Shown: positions 32,727 to 42,618 of the stretch, in pieces
How the letters are laid out: each line of letters starts with the position of its first letter
Numbering within the stretch: position 1 is the first letter of the stretch
DNA from: a phage
DNA length: 64,000 bases
Sequence record: PZ445524.1
Strand: one strand, 5' to 3'
Notes under the pieces: model-generated
What the model saw: the letters and a program-made list of their open reading frames with translations, nothing else
Told to the model about the DNA's origin: nothing
Databases searched by the model: none
Position numbers and translations under genes: made by a program

Positions 32727-33052
32727 TTAAACCATCCTTTAATACGCTGCCACAAAGTTTTCTGCTGAGCTTTGTTAACACCAATTGAACGAATAACCGG
32801 TTGAGATTCCTGGAATTCTTTATAATCGGCAAGGTAAATTTCGTAAGCTGCATCCGTAAATGAACTTATCGCTGCCATAAAATTATTGCGAATACCTACT
32901 GGAGCATCTTTACTTTCACGAATAATCATGTATTTACCAGTCTTAATCTTTACAATAGTTCCAAGATAAGCTCCATGGTACCAAATATCCCAACCCTCTT
33001 GAGTAGGTTCTGCGCAACGACGAAGTTCATTAACGATTTCTAACTTGTTCAT
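32723..33052 (-). CDS. hypothetical protein (109 aa)
   Basis: ATG at 33050-33052 just downstream of motA. Confidence 0.55.
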   Translation of the reverse strand: MNKLEIVNELRRCAEPTQEGWDIWYHGAYLGTIVKIKTGKYMIIRESKDAPVGIRNNFMAAISSFTDAAYEIYLADYKEFQESQPVIRSIGVNKAQQKTLWQRIKGWFK

Positions 33053-33062
33053 TATTTATTCC

Positions 33063-33698
33063 TCACAGTTCAGATGCTACAGTGATTACAGCTTCAATGT
33101 TTTCTGCCGAGCGTTTAATGTCAAGATACACATTACCGTTTTTAGCGATTTTACATGACATTCCGATATCAGTAAATTTCTGAATATGATGTTCCATCAT
33201 TTTGTATCCAAAAATTCGCATATTTCCATTGTTGTTAATTTCAAAATTACGAATTCCGTTAGTGCGTTTTTCTAAAATAGCAAGATAATTACTACGATAA
33301 ATTTCAACCTTTTTAAGAACAAATCCATTTTTATCTAAAAGTTTTAACACGAGGTCTTTATCTTCTTCCATATCGGAAGTAATCTCGCGAGCTTTACGAG
33401 TTGCTCGTTTTTTCAGTAGTTCCGGAGCATTTTCCTGTGCGTATAAAGTAGCTGCATTTGAAATAATATCCTGAGCTTCACCTGTAATGATTAATCCATC
33501 ACCAGATTTCTCCACCAGGCCTTTTTTAATCAATACCCCAATATTACTATTAACTACTGCGTTACCTAAATCTGGATGCACCTCACGAACTTCTGCAGCT
33601 GTAATGAAATCTTTCTTAGCAATGGTAATTAAAATCGTAGCAGTTTTTTCATTCAGAACATCGTTAGAAGCTTTGATGATGTAAGTTACTTTAGACAT
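33063..33698 (-). CDS. motA: middle-transcription activator MotA
   Basis: 211 aa; early promoter and terminator upstream. Confidence 0.85.
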   Translation of the reverse strand: MSKVTYIIKASNDVLNEKTATILITIAKKDFITAAEVREVHPDLGNAVVNSNIGVLIKKGLVEKSGDGLIITGEAQDIISNAATLYAQENAPELLKKRATRKAREITSDMEEDKDLVLKLLDKNGFVLKKVEIYRSNYLAILEKRTNGIRNFEINNNGNMRIFGYKMMEHHIQKFTDIGMSCKIAKNGNVYLDIKRSAENIEAVITVASEL

Positions 33699-33737
33699 TT
33701 TCTAATCTCCGTAATTCTGTATCAGTAGTTGATAGTT

Positions 33738-33769
33738 GTATAGTACCACAGTATGCTTTGGTTGTAAAC
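33738..33769 (-). promoter_or_regulatory. early promoter for motA
   Basis: - strand GTTTAC, 18-nt spacer, TACTAT, then SD GGAG and motA ATG. Confidence 0.55.
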
Positions 33770-33790
33770 CGTTTTGTGAAAAAATTTTTT

Positions 33791-33822
33791 GAAATAAAAA
33801 AAGGGAGAGCCTCGGCTCTCCC
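33791..33822 (-). terminator. rho-independent terminator downstream of gene 52 and the 49-aa peptide
   Basis: - strand GGGAGAGCC-GA-GGCUCUCCC followed by a U-run. Confidence 0.75.
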
Positions 33823-33827
33823 TAAAA

Positions 33828-33977
33828 TTACTGCATGAATGTGATAACTATCATGATAACACGTTGAATTCCGAACGCAAGAAGACCTCCTGCTACGGCT
33901 GGAACAACACCTAACCCCGCCAGTAAAATGCTACCAGATACTAATGCAGCGCTTGTAATACCAATGAATGGACTCAT
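33828..33977 (-). CDS. small hydrophobic membrane peptide (49 aa)
   Basis: Hand-translated MSPFIGITSAALVSGSILLAGLGVVPAVAGG...; ATGA overlap with gene 52 stop. Confidence 0.5.
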   Translation of the reverse strand: MSPFIGITSAALVSGSILLAGLGVVPAVAGGLLAFGIQRVIMIVITFMQ

Positions 33978-35302
33978 TTGATTTCCTCTAAATCTTTGGT
34001 GTATTCTGTAACTACATCAGTAGTTTTCCAATATTCGTTTTCTTCTTTTTTAGCTTTAGCTTCTTCAGCAAGTTTCTTCGCTTCATCGGAAGTCATATGA
34101 AAAATATTCATTCCAACTAGTTTATCAACATAAGAAGAATACATATCGATTTTCGAAAGTTCTTCGGTCAGTTCTTTACGAGTTTTACCCTGTACAACGA
34201 TTTCACCTGAAATTACCTTCTTAATGAAATGTGCCTTGGCAAAGGCTAAACGAAAAGCTGACTCAGTTTCTTTAATTTTGTTATCAATTCGTTTTTGGAC
34301 ATAAGTTTTACGAACTTCAACGAAGTCTTTAATTAAATCGACTACGTTATCGTAAACTTGTAGTTTTCCTTTCTCATTAATAACCGTAATATTCTGGGAA
34401 CGACGCTCAATCAACCCGAAGTCTTTCATAATTTTTGCATGGCGTTCTTCTTCGTTATCGCTCAAAGAGTATTCTTTGCGGAATTTAACTTTGAAGCCAA
34501 AGCCATGCTCACCACAAGCATCATCCCATGTAATGAAGCCTTTATCTTCAAGCGGGTCTAAGATTTTACTCACATAAGTTTCACGATCATACTTATACGG
34601 AATCTCAGTGATATGCATTTGAGTTCGTGAAGTAAACTTGTATGTTCCACGAATTTCATATTGCCCATCAATTTCAACGACTTCACCACGAAATTCTGGG
34701 AATTCTACTTTCGGTTTAGTTACTTTCTTTCCTTGAAGAGCTTGCAGTACAGCTTTCTTAACAGAAGAAACACTATGAGGAAGAATGTAAGTTGCATAAC
34801 CAGTTGCAATACCGGAAACGCCATTAAGAAGAACAGTAGGAATAACAGGCAAATAGAAAGCAGGCGGAATGTGTTCTTTATCTTGATGTACCGGAGCATA
34901 TTCAGTATCTTTATATACGTTATAGAAATTTTTACTTACACGAGCAAAAATATAACGACTTGCTGCTGCCTTTTGGACAGTACGAGAACCAAAGTTTCCT
35001 TGACCATCTAATAGAGGAAAGTTATTATTCCAAGTATTAGCCATCAAAGCGCCCGCATCTTGTGCAGAGTTTTCGCCATGATGATATCCAAGGTCCGCTA
35101 CACCACCTGCGATAGAAGCGAGTTTGTGAAACTTATCTTTATTTCCTCGTGCCAAATCAAGAGCTCGAGCAATAACAAATCGTTGAACTGGCTTAAATCC
35201 ATCAATCATATTTGGAATGGCACGATTTTCAACCGTGTACATAGCATAAGCCAATGCTTCATTATCAATGATACTTTTTAAATCGCGATTATTCAGTTGC
35301 AT
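33974..35302 (-). CDS. 52: DNA topoisomerase II medium subunit gp52 (GyrA-like)
   Basis: 442 aa; motif FKPVQRF. Confidence 0.92.
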   Translation of the reverse strand: MQLNNRDLKSIIDNEALAYAMYTVENRAIPNMIDGFKPVQRFVIARALDLARGNKDKFHKLASIAGGVADLGYHHGENSAQDAGALMANTWNNNFPLLDGQGNFGSRTVQKAAASRYIFARVSKNFYNVYKDTEYAPVHQDKEHIPPAFYLPVIPTVLLNGVSGIATGYATYILPHSVSSVKKAVLQALQGKKVTKPKVEFPEFRGEVVEIDGQYEIRGTYKFTSRTQMHITEIPYKYDRETYVSKILDPLEDKGFITWDDACGEHGFGFKVKFRKEYSLSDNEEERHAKIMKDFGLIERRSQNITVINEKGKLQVYDNVVDLIKDFVEVRKTYVQKRIDNKIKETESAFRLAFAKAHFIKKVISGEIVVQGKTRKELTEELSKIDMYSSYVDKLVGMNIFHMTSDEAKKLAEEAKAKKEENEYWKTTDVVTEYTKDLEEIK

Positions 35303-35306
35303 AAAT

Positions 35307-35447
35307 TTACCATACTAGTGAATGTAGTGCCATAATAACATCAGAAATGAAAAGCACGACTTGAATTAATCCGAACATTACTCCATAATATAGTGCTACC
35401 AATAAAGTAGCAAGGGCTAATGAATAGCCCAAGATTTTCTTAATCAT
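35307..35447 (-). CDS. small hydrophobic membrane peptide (46 aa)
   Basis: Hand-translated MIKKILGYSLALATLLVALYYGVMFGLIQVV...; below ORF-track size cutoff. Confidence 0.45.
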   Translation of the reverse strand: MIKKILGYSLALATLLVALYYGVMFGLIQVVLFISDVIMALHSLVW

Positions 35448-35598
35448 TAGTAGATAACAACACAAATGTTAAATATGCACACATACCCTGGGCTAAAGCT
35501 TGTGAAAACACACTGCTAGCATCGATACAGATAGTTAAAACACATGCTACTATCCAACAAATAAATGAAATAACTCCTAATAATTTTGCGATATTCAT
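35440..35598 (-). CDS. small hydrophobic membrane peptide (52 aa)
   Basis: ATG at 35596-35598 with GAGGAG SD; paralogous to the adjacent 51-aa peptide. Confidence 0.5.
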   Translation of the reverse strand: MNIAKLLGVISFICWIVACVLTICIDASSVFSQALAQGMCAYLTFVLLSTND

Positions 35599-35608
35599 AA
35601 TATTCTCC

Positions 35609-35764
35609 TCAACTATTTTTAGAACCAATGTACGCGAATAATGATAAAATCGCTAATACGCCCTGAGCTGATGCTTGCAAAAATACTGAAGTTTCTCCAG
35701 TTATTACTGTTCCGATGCATAAAAAGAACCAACAGAAAAAGGCTATACCGTGAACAAATTTCAT
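35609..35764 (-). CDS. small hydrophobic membrane peptide (51 aa), ac-like by position
   Basis: Hand-translated MKFVHGIAFFCWFFLCIGTVITGETSVFLQASAQGVLAILSLFAYIGSKNS; sits next to stp. Confidence 0.5.
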   Translation of the reverse strand: MKFVHGIAFFCWFFLCIGTVITGETSVFLQASAQGVLAILSLFAYIGSKNS

Positions 35765-35771
35765 ATTTTCC

Positions 35772-35852
35772 TCACTGGCGTCCGAAGACGCCTTTGGTTT
35801 TAAGATTGTTACGATAGAACTGCATCACATGTTCGTTATGGAAATTACTCAT
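35772..35852 (-). CDS. stp: Stp peptide (26 aa)
   Basis: Hand-translated [26 protein letters not shown], matching my recollection of T4 Stp; ATG overlaps ndd stop. Confidence 0.8.
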
Positions 35853-36310
35853 TAATATGCCTGCAAAACAAATTTAAAGTTATCAGCCAACATACGGTTC
35901 ATTTCTTCAAGTGTTTGATACTCAGAATGATGATTACGAGTAAACGCCAAAGCTAACTGACCTTTTCCAAATCCCGTCGTCAGAGGTTTCATCTTAGAAG
36001 CAGGCAGATAAAACACTGTGTATGGAACATTGTTATTTGCAATAGTACGCGCAAGTTGAGACCGGCGTTGACGAATATGACTTAAAACCGCACTGAATCC
36101 TTGCTTAGAACGTTGATTACCTACATAAAATCGTGCAGACACACATGGATTACTAAATGGACGACCATCTAATTTACTTACTAAAAAGTAAAATCCAGGT
36201 TTAGATAAAATATCTTTATGCGGAGTTCCTAAAAACCATTCACCACCCTTGATTGTACCAATAACAGTTGCGCCTGCATTGTTCAGATCAGTAACAGTCA
36301 TGTATTTCAT
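35852..36310 (-). CDS. ndd: nucleoid disruption protein Ndd
   Basis: 152 aa from ATG 36308-36310 with GAGGAAA SD. Confidence 0.75.
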
Positions 36311-36370
36311 ATTAATTTCCTCTAAATTATTTTCTACTCCAAGGCCGCATGAATACACACGGCCATTAAA

Positions 36371-36586
36371 TTAATCGTCGCAGTCGACGCTCAATTCCCA
36401 AAACTCTTCTACAGTATAAGTTTCAGTATCATTTTCAATACAGAAACGTTCATTACTGTTATTTGCTAAAGTAGCATTAACTGTCGGTTTCTCGCTAGTG
36501 CTCTTAAGAGGTGAAATACGAATTAACTGATCACCGTTATCTAAACAGAAAATTTCACCAACTTTTACATCTTTAAAACTTTTCAT
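36371..36586 (-). CDS. hypothetical acidic protein (71 aa)
   Basis: ATG with GAGGTG SD. Confidence 0.5.
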   Translation of the reverse strand: MKSFKDVKVGEIFCLDNGDQLIRISPLKSTSEKPTVNATLANNSNERFCIENDTETYTVEEFWELSVDCDD

Positions 36587-36701
36587 AATTCACCTCAAGG
36601 AGTATAAAATCCAAATGCAGTTGTTGACCATCCCATCCAATACGGAAAATTTGCACCAATGTAAAACATGAGAATATAAAACCAACCGCTCAGCAAATTC
36701 A

Positions 36702-36899
36702 TCATTTTACACCATTCCAAATTGTTTCAACCACGGATTTTAAACCATTTTGATGAATATCAATTCCGACTACCGCCATCAAATAAATTCCAACTACAAC
36801 TGAACCTAAGGCAAAAATCAGCATGAAAATGAATAAAGCCGGAAAAATATTATCGAAAAACCATTCAATAAATGTAAAAGCACTGCGTTTACGCTTCAT
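36702..36899 (-). CDS. small membrane protein (65 aa)
   Basis: Start moved to ATG 36897-36899 with GAGGAAAA SD; hydrophobic core. Confidence 0.45.
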   Translation of the reverse strand: MKRKRSAFTFIEWFFDNIFPALFIFMLIFALGSVVVGIYLMAVVGIDIHQNGLKSVVETIWNGVK

Positions 36900-36906
36900 A
36901 TTTTCC

Positions 36907-37020
36907 TCACATAAATCCAAAGTAAACGTTTAATACATCAATCATTAAAACGATTGGGAATATACTCAAAACTATTAGTATTATAACTACATTCCATATA
37001 GCTTTAATAATCTTTTTCAT
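36907..37020 (-). CDS. small membrane peptide (37 aa)
   Basis: ATG 37018-37020 with GGAGGAA SD; MKKIIKAIWNVVIILIVLSIF... Confidence 0.4.
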   Translation of the reverse strand: MKKIIKAIWNVVIILIVLSIFPIVLMIDVLNVYFGFM

Positions 37021-37262
37021 TTTCTGTTCCTCCGTAGTTGATAGGGTAATAGTACCACGGAAGAACAGTCTTGTAAACAACTTTTTAAAAATATTCGTAA
37101 TAAATGTGAATACCAACTACTACCGCTGAAACCTGTGCAACCCACCACGCACAAGCAATAAGTACAGAATTCAAAATTTTCATAATAACCTCATCACAAA
37201 AGTAAATGTTAAACAAATTAATGGAATACTAATTAACCAAACAAAACACCACCATAATGAAC

Positions 37263-37526
37263 TCATAGTTCAATCTCAGCGATTTTCATTTCATTACTAT
37301 TAATAGCCGCTTTAAGACTATCTGAAAGAATTACATTCCAATGGTCATTCATATGACCACTAACTAAGCGTGTAATTTCTTCAGGAGTTGAAAAATAAGG
37401 CTGATCAGACTCCCAATGCGATAGTCCCAAGCGAGTATAAATCATACCTTCATCATCGCTAGAATATTCAACTGACACAAACTCATCAGTTATTTTATGT
37501 TTAGCGTAATAAAATTTAAATTTCAT
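37263..37526 (-). CDS. hypothetical protein (87 aa)
   Basis: ATG 37524-37526. Confidence 0.5.
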   Translation of the reverse strand: MKFKFYYAKHKITDEFVSVEYSSDDEGMIYTRLGLSHWESDQPYFSTPEEITRLVSGHMNDHWNVILSDSLKAAINSNEMKIAEIEL

Positions 37527-37531
37527 TTTAC

Positions 37532-37738
37532 TCAATAATCCGCTAAAAGATCAACGATTGCATCACGAAGACACTTATTCGCAATACGTTTAAGAGCAAT
37601 TTCAGTTTCTGGAGCATTTTGAATAATCATTGAATTCAATTCAGCCTCAGCAAACTGAAGTTCTTTAACTAATTCAGCTTTATATTTTCCTTGCCCTTTC
37701 TTAGCTTTTGCTCGTTTTAATTCAGCTGTAGTAAACAT
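37532..37738 (-). CDS. hypothetical protein (68 aa)
   Basis: ATG 37736-37738 with GGAG SD; early promoter upstream. Confidence 0.5.
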   Translation of the reverse strand: MFTTAELKRAKAKKGQGKYKAELVKELQFAEAELNSMIIQNAPETEIALKRIANKCLRDAIVDLLADY

Positions 37739-37820
37739 TTTATTCTCCAAATCCGTATCAGTTGATAGTTGTATATTACCACAGTCCTTGTGGTATGTAA
37801 ACCGTTTTGGGAAAAAATTT

Positions 37821-38378
37821 TTAAATGGAGAGATACCATCCGTTGTAGTTGCTTTTTCTTACAACCTTACGAAGGTCTTCTCTATCACCGATGAATTTCG
37901 GAGTGTACTGGATGACACCTGGGTGAATTTCTTTAGTGTTGAATATAATTATACAGTCAGCGACTTGGTGATTCAGAATGGGCCCTAGATTTATTCCAGA
38001 ACCGTATGGATACTCTCCGCTGCATCCGGTTGTTACCGAAATCCAACGTGAGTCAGTTTGATGTGTCTTAACTTCTACACGAAGCCCACAGTATTTTGGA
38101 TGCGCCAATACATCCCATGCATATGTGTACGGATCATCGACATCTTCTTGACCTTTGTTAACATACCCGCTCAGCCAATCTGCTACAAAAAACTCTGCGT
38201 ACACAGCGATACGGCATCTTTCGATAACTTCTGCCTTATCCTGATTTGGGTTTTGTTTTAAAGAGTATCTTGCAGTATCAGCAATTTTGACCTTCATTTC
38301 ACTGGTCAAGTCACTGTTCGATAGGGTAAATGTCGGAATCTGAAATAGTCTCTGTAACCCAGGATTCGTTTTCTGCAT
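37821..38378 (-). CDS. denB: putative endonuclease IV DenB
   Basis: 185 aa ORF at the expected position before rIIB; positional and size-based. Confidence 0.6.
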   Translation of the reverse strand: MQKTNPGLQRLFQIPTFTLSNSDLTSEMKVKIADTARYSLKQNPNQDKAEVIERCRIAVYAEFFVADWLSGYVNKGQEDVDDPYTYAWDVLAHPKYCGLRVEVKTHQTDSRWISVTTGCSGEYPYGSGINLGPILNHQVADCIIIFNTKEIHPGVIQYTPKFIGDREDLRKVVRKSNYNGWYLSI

Positions 38379-38444
38379 TTAAACTTTCCTTTATGTCGGA
38401 ATCACCGATATTCATATAATAAATCATAATTTCTCTTAAAACAA

Positions 38445-38466
38445 AAGGGCCGAAGCCCTTATTTAT
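38445..38466 (-). repeat. intercistronic hairpin element, copy 1 (AAGGGC-tetraloop-GCCCUU + AUUUA)
   Basis: Near-identical ~21-nt sequence also at 38676-38696. Confidence 0.6.
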
Positions 38467-38657
38467 TTGAATTGTGCAATTCTTTTCTCTAGACATTCAG
38501 CATAAGATTTCATTGAGATGAACTGTGAAAGTAGCAGTTCTTGCTCAACTGCGTTAACTGTTAGAAACTTTGTGCTTTCTAAAAATTTACTCAGTGCATT
38601 AATTTTGAGCATTAATTGATCATATTCTTCTTTTACTCGTGCTTGATAACCTAACAT
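38463..38657 (-). CDS. hypothetical protein (64 aa)
   Basis: ATG with AAGGAAA SD; hairpins on both sides. Confidence 0.5.
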   Translation of the reverse strand: MLGYQARVKEEYDQLMLKINALSKFLESTKFLTVNAVEQELLLSQFISMKSYAECLEKRIAQFK

Positions 38658-38675
38658 AATTTTCCTTAATATGAT

Positions 38676-38696
38676 AAGGGCCGAAGCCCTTATTTA
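38676..38696 (-). repeat. intercistronic hairpin element, copy 2, immediately after the rIIB stop
   Basis: Same sequence as 38445-38466; overlaps the rIIB stop codon. Confidence 0.6.
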
Positions 38697-39628
38697 AATT
38701 GTTCAGTAACGTCTTCAACTACTTCGTATTGGCAGGTACGCATTTTAGCATCGTTGTAATCAATCGGAATTGATACTACATCACGCGGATGTACTTTAAC
38801 TTTTACAACTCGGCTAGTTGAACTGCCAAAGTGACGAATATAAGATTTAGAACACACATGCAGACCACGAGAACAAGTTTGTGTATCATCGTCATTCACA
38901 CGAGTACGTGGCATTTTAACTACTTTACCCGGACTGTTATCAAAGGTGTTTGAGTGACAGTCAAAGTAATTGCTGCGAACTACTTTCCAAGCATAGAAGT
39001 AACCATCTTCTGTAATTTCAATATCGTTTGCTACCAAGAAATCAAAGAGTCGAGATACCGCTTTTTGGCTTGGGTTTTCTAGCAGATTTTCCAAGAACGG
39101 AAAATAAAATTCAAAGTTTTCGCCTTTTTCCATCGAGTCAAGAATACGATCAACCAAACCAGACCGCAATTCAATATTTTGATAGAACAAGCTTCCACCT
39201 TCAATTCGAACATCGCCGGAAATATATTTTTCAACAGCACGACGAACATTAATTTTTTGTGCCGCTTCTTCCAACTTATCCGCTACAAGCAGATTAAGAA
39301 TTTCCTGGAAGTTTGAATGAGTATTAGGAGTTGCGTTATAAGTTACACCGTCAACAGTAATTGAAATGAATTTTTTAGATGCATTCCAAATAATGTCAGA
39401 TTTAGCAACTGGAGCAATAACTGCATCGCTATTAACTTTAACTGTAATATCACCGCTAATAGTAACTTTAGGGTGTTTAGCTTCTTCAGCATTTTTCAAA
39501 ACACGACGGATTGTGTCAACCGATACACCTTGCCAATCAGCCAATTCCTGTTGGGTATAATTACCACTTGAATACAGCTTAACAATTTCAGCTTGTTCGT
39601 TTTTGGTCAGGCATTTAATATTGTACAT
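38690..39628 (-). CDS. rIIB: rapid-lysis protein rIIB
   Basis: 312 aa; immediately follows rIIA. Confidence 0.9.
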   Translation of the reverse strand: MYNIKCLTKNEQAEIVKLYSSGNYTQQELADWQGVSVDTIRRVLKNAEEAKHPKVTISGDITVKVNSDAVIAPVAKSDIIWNASKKFISITVDGVTYNATPNTHSNFQEILNLLVADKLEEAAQKINVRRAVEKYISGDVRIEGGSLFYQNIELRSGLVDRILDSMEKGENFEFYFPFLENLLENPSQKAVSRLFDFLVANDIEITEDGYFYAWKVVRSNYFDCHSNTFDNSPGKVVKMPRTRVNDDDTQTCSRGLHVCSKSYIRHFGSSTSRVVKVKVHPRDVVSIPIDYNDAKMRTCQYEVVEDVTEQFK

Positions 39629-39639
39629 AATTTTCCTTA

Positions 39640-41817
39640 TTAGGCCGCAAGGGCCTTCATAGTTTTAGCGATTTGGGAAACTTCATCATCACTTAAAGAG
39701 TTGCGATAACCGATGAAGTCGGAAACAATACGGAATTTCTTGGTAAACTCAGCAACCATTTTATCACTGTTTTTTGAAGCATTATTTGATAATACATCAA
39801 AAAGATTAGTTACTGTCCAGATGTCATGACCGATGGTATCTTTTCCACCATTAAAATATACACCCTGTAATGAACTAACCATATTAGCAAGTCGTGTATA
39901 TTCTTCAGAAACTTCATCTACACTGAAGTACTTCATCATAAAATCTAACTCAGGATACTTGATAATTTTATCAATATATCGTTTAGCTGAACTTGAATAA
40001 CCTACATACTTATCATAATCTACATCATCAAAAGCATCTACATATAAATCACGCAAAGCTTCAAAAATACATTGGCACTGACCGAGTTCTTTTACCTTTT
40101 TCTGTAAAAGCGGACGAATAACATAAAATTCATTAATGCCAATAAGATTAGCCATACGAATCAAAATATTCATAGATGGATGACAAAGAGATGTAGTACC
40201 ATCCATAGAGAAAATATCAGAACGATGCATATACGCTACATAACCAGTAATTTCATCTGCTTCTGATGTGAGCGTAAATAATTCCTCTTTTTCCCAGCGC
40301 CCATCTTTAATTTCAAACTTAAATGCTGTAGCAGCTTTAGGACGAGGAGCTTTACTTTTAACTACCTTTGGAATATAGCTTTTAACTAAAGCTTCAATTT
40401 CTGACAAATAATGAATGTTAACTTCATCACTTTCAAACATCGCCATAATATCAGGAAGTAAATCAATCTGCGATTCTACTTCTGGATTAATAAACAGAAG
40501 ACGCTCATTGTGATGAATATTCAAAGTGTTATTAAATTCACTATCATCTAACGCATGCGCTAATCCACGAACAATATTAACACGATTTTTAATATTATCA
40601 ATAACGATATTAATTTTTGTTGTATTAATACCAAACAGACGATAACTTGATGCAACGGCTGAAGTTTCATGACTTTGCTTAATGCGCTTCAGTCGAGGGT
40701 CAAGATTTACTTCATACACAACTCCTGCATTGCATAACTTACTGTCAGGTTCAAACATGCTCTGCATCTTTTTATATGACAGATTTTTAGTCGTGAATTT
40801 GACTGAATTACTAATCATATAATCTCGAGCAGAATACCCCATCTTCATCAATTCACGATATGTGTGACGAGGAGATGTAGATTCTTTAAATCGTTTTACA
40901 TCTTCATTAAATGCTTTCTCACTGAGTTCTTTAACTCGTTCAATAATATTTTTACGAGTACGATCATCCAGTGAAAGAGCCTCGCGTGATGGAGCAATAT
41001 CCAATGAACCCATTGGAAACTTAATGTAATTCACTTCATTGCGAATGCTTAGCCAGTTACGGTCTCTAATAACACCATCGATAGGATAAACAATACCGCC
41101 GTAGATAGCATATAATCCACCACGATCAGGCCAGTATCTTTCTGGATTTACGCCGTAATAATCATCGAAATCCGGAAAATAATCAATTTCGCGGTCAAGA
41201 CCATTAATGATAGCCAAATCTTTGAATGGTCGCATGATATAAGAAACTTCATAAGCAAAGTTTCTAAAGTCTTTTTCTTCAACTGGAACTACGATTTCAA
41301 TACCAGTTTTATCATCTGGACCCATTTCTTTTACGAATGTAGGTTTAATTTGTGGACCATCGCCATCCATGTAAGCTACATAACCACGAATTTCACCTTT
41401 ATGATACGAAGTAATACTAAATGTATCAGTATAACTAAATGGAGATTTAGAACCTAAACCAAATCCGCCAATGAAATCGTTAGATTCAGCCTTAGATGAA
41501 CTGAAGTATGAATTATACAAACCAGGAGAATTATCATCACCCTGAATATCAAAATCACTCATACCCGGACCAAAATCTCGACAAACAAATCGTGGGTCTA
41601 AACGTCCAGGAACTTGTATGATAAATTTTTCAGGATTTCCATTAAGTGCATGGGCATCAATCATGTTGGTAATCAATTCACGGACTACTGCGCGAATCTT
41701 GTTTGTATACAAATCAGATGATAGAATTTTAAATACTTTAGGAGATGCTGTGATGCTAAATGCTTTTGATTTAGAACCATTACCAAGAATTGTTTCTTTT
41801 TCAGTGGTGATAATCAT
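39640..41817 (-). CDS. rIIA: rapid-lysis protein rIIA (GHKL-type ATPase-like N-terminus)
   Basis: 725 aa; N-terminal ATP-binding motifs ELITNMIDA and FGLGSKSPF. Confidence 0.92.
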   Translation of the reverse strand: MIITTEKETILGNGSKSKAFSITASPKVFKILSSDLYTNKIRAVVRELITNMIDAHALNGNPEKFIIQVPGRLDPRFVCRDFGPGMSDFDIQGDDNSPGLYNSYFSSSKAESNDFIGGFGLGSKSPFSYTDTFSITSYHKGEIRGYVAYMDGDGPQIKPTFVKEMGPDDKTGIEIVVPVEEKDFRNFAYEVSYIMRPFKDLAIINGLDREIDYFPDFDDYYGVNPERYWPDRGGLYAIYGGIVYPIDGVIRDRNWLSIRNEVNYIKFPMGSLDIAPSREALSLDDRTRKNIIERVKELSEKAFNEDVKRFKESTSPRHTYRELMKMGYSARDYMISNSVKFTTKNLSYKKMQSMFEPDSKLCNAGVVYEVNLDPRLKRIKQSHETSAVASSYRLFGINTTKINIVIDNIKNRVNIVRGLAHALDDSEFNNTLNIHHNERLLFINPEVESQIDLLPDIMAMFESDEVNIHYLSEIEALVKSYIPKVVKSKAPRPKAATAFKFEIKDGRWEKEELFTLTSEADEITGYVAYMHRSDIFSMDGTTSLCHPSMNILIRMANLIGINEFYVIRPLLQKKVKELGQCQCIFEALRDLYVDAFDDVDYDKYVGYSSSAKRYIDKIIKYPELDFMMKYFSVDEVSEEYTRLANMVSSLQGVYFNGGKDTIGHDIWTVTNLFDVLSNNASKNSDKMVAEFTKKFRIVSDFIGYRNSLSDDEVSQIAKTMKALAA

Positions 41818-41827
41818 AATTTCCTCA

Positions 41828-42031
41828 TTAATTCATATTACGCTTAATAACTTCAGCAACTTCTAGTAATTCATCTTTAGTTGCGGTGTCGGATTGAATT
41901 TTATCTCTAATATCCTTAAAGCGGTTTTTAAATTCTTCGGCTTCTCCCATATCGAAAAAGCGTTGAATGATTCTATATTCTCGATGAACTGCTTTATCAA
42001 AAAGTTCTAAATTTACTCTATATGATTTCAT
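41828..42031 (-). CDS. hypothetical protein (67 aa)
   Basis: ATG with GAGGA SD; early promoter upstream. Confidence 0.55.
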   Translation of the reverse strand: MKSYRVNLELFDKAVHREYRIIQRFFDMGEAEEFKNRFKDIRDKIQSDTATKDELLEVAEVIKRNMN

Positions 42032-42054
42032 TTCAATATCCTCATTTGCCCAAT

Positions 42055-42086
42055 TAATTATACCACATCCTTGTGGTAAAGTAAAC
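42055..42086 (-). promoter_or_regulatory. early promoter upstream of ORF 41828..42031
   Basis: - strand GTTTAC overlapping the gene 60 stop, then a -10-like element. Confidence 0.45.
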
Positions 42087-42618
42087 TACTGGCTCATCCA
42101 TTCTTTACGAAGGTCAGCATTATCTCCCATGAGCATTTCAAAAAGCTCTTTCCAGTTCTCAGGAAGTTTAACAACATCATATACTGGATTTTGAATCATT
42201 TCACGATATTCAGATTTTTCCAAAGAGCCAAGTCCTTTAATATAACGGATGCTATGTTTAGGTAAAGCATCTTTAGCACTCTCATATTCAGCGACTGTAT
42301 AAAACCATTCTTGTTTTTTACCGACCTGAGCGATGATTACAGGAGTTTTGACAAAGCGAATTCTTCCTTGTTCAAACAGTTCTGGCCAATTACTAAAAAA
42401 TCCGAGCAAAGAAGGATAAATAGAACCTAATCCAATAATCTCTTAATTATGAGGTATTTCTATAGATAGCCCGAAGGCTATCCATCGTGATCTGCGTCTG
42501 TCATAATAGCGACATTCGCATAGTTCATTGAAGAGGATTTAATAGAACGACGAACATTGTTCTGCAATTTATATTTTTTCATATCAACGCTAGAAGAATC
42601 AATTTTTACAAATTTCAT
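42086..42618 (-). CDS. 60: DNA topoisomerase II small subunit gp60, with 50-nt translational bypass (codons 1-46 at 42481..42618, codons 47-160 at 42086..42430)
   Basis: ATG 42616-42618 (MKFVKIDSS); codon 46 GGA then UAG; landing GGA 42431-42433; resumes UUA GGU (LGSIYPS...). Confidence 0.9.
42431..42483 (-). other. gene 60 translational bypass element (take-off GGA, UAG stop, stem-loop, landing GGA)
   Basis: - strand reads GGA UAGCCUUCGGGCUAUC...UUAUU GGA; UUCG tetraloop hairpin directly 3' of the take-off codon. Confidence 0.85.

Noticed and set aside
38311-38496. 61-aa ORF overlapping the denB start and the end of the upstream gene
   Set aside because: Overlaps two better-supported genes in another frame and spans a hairpin; only an internal 38-aa portion could be real, and I could not support it
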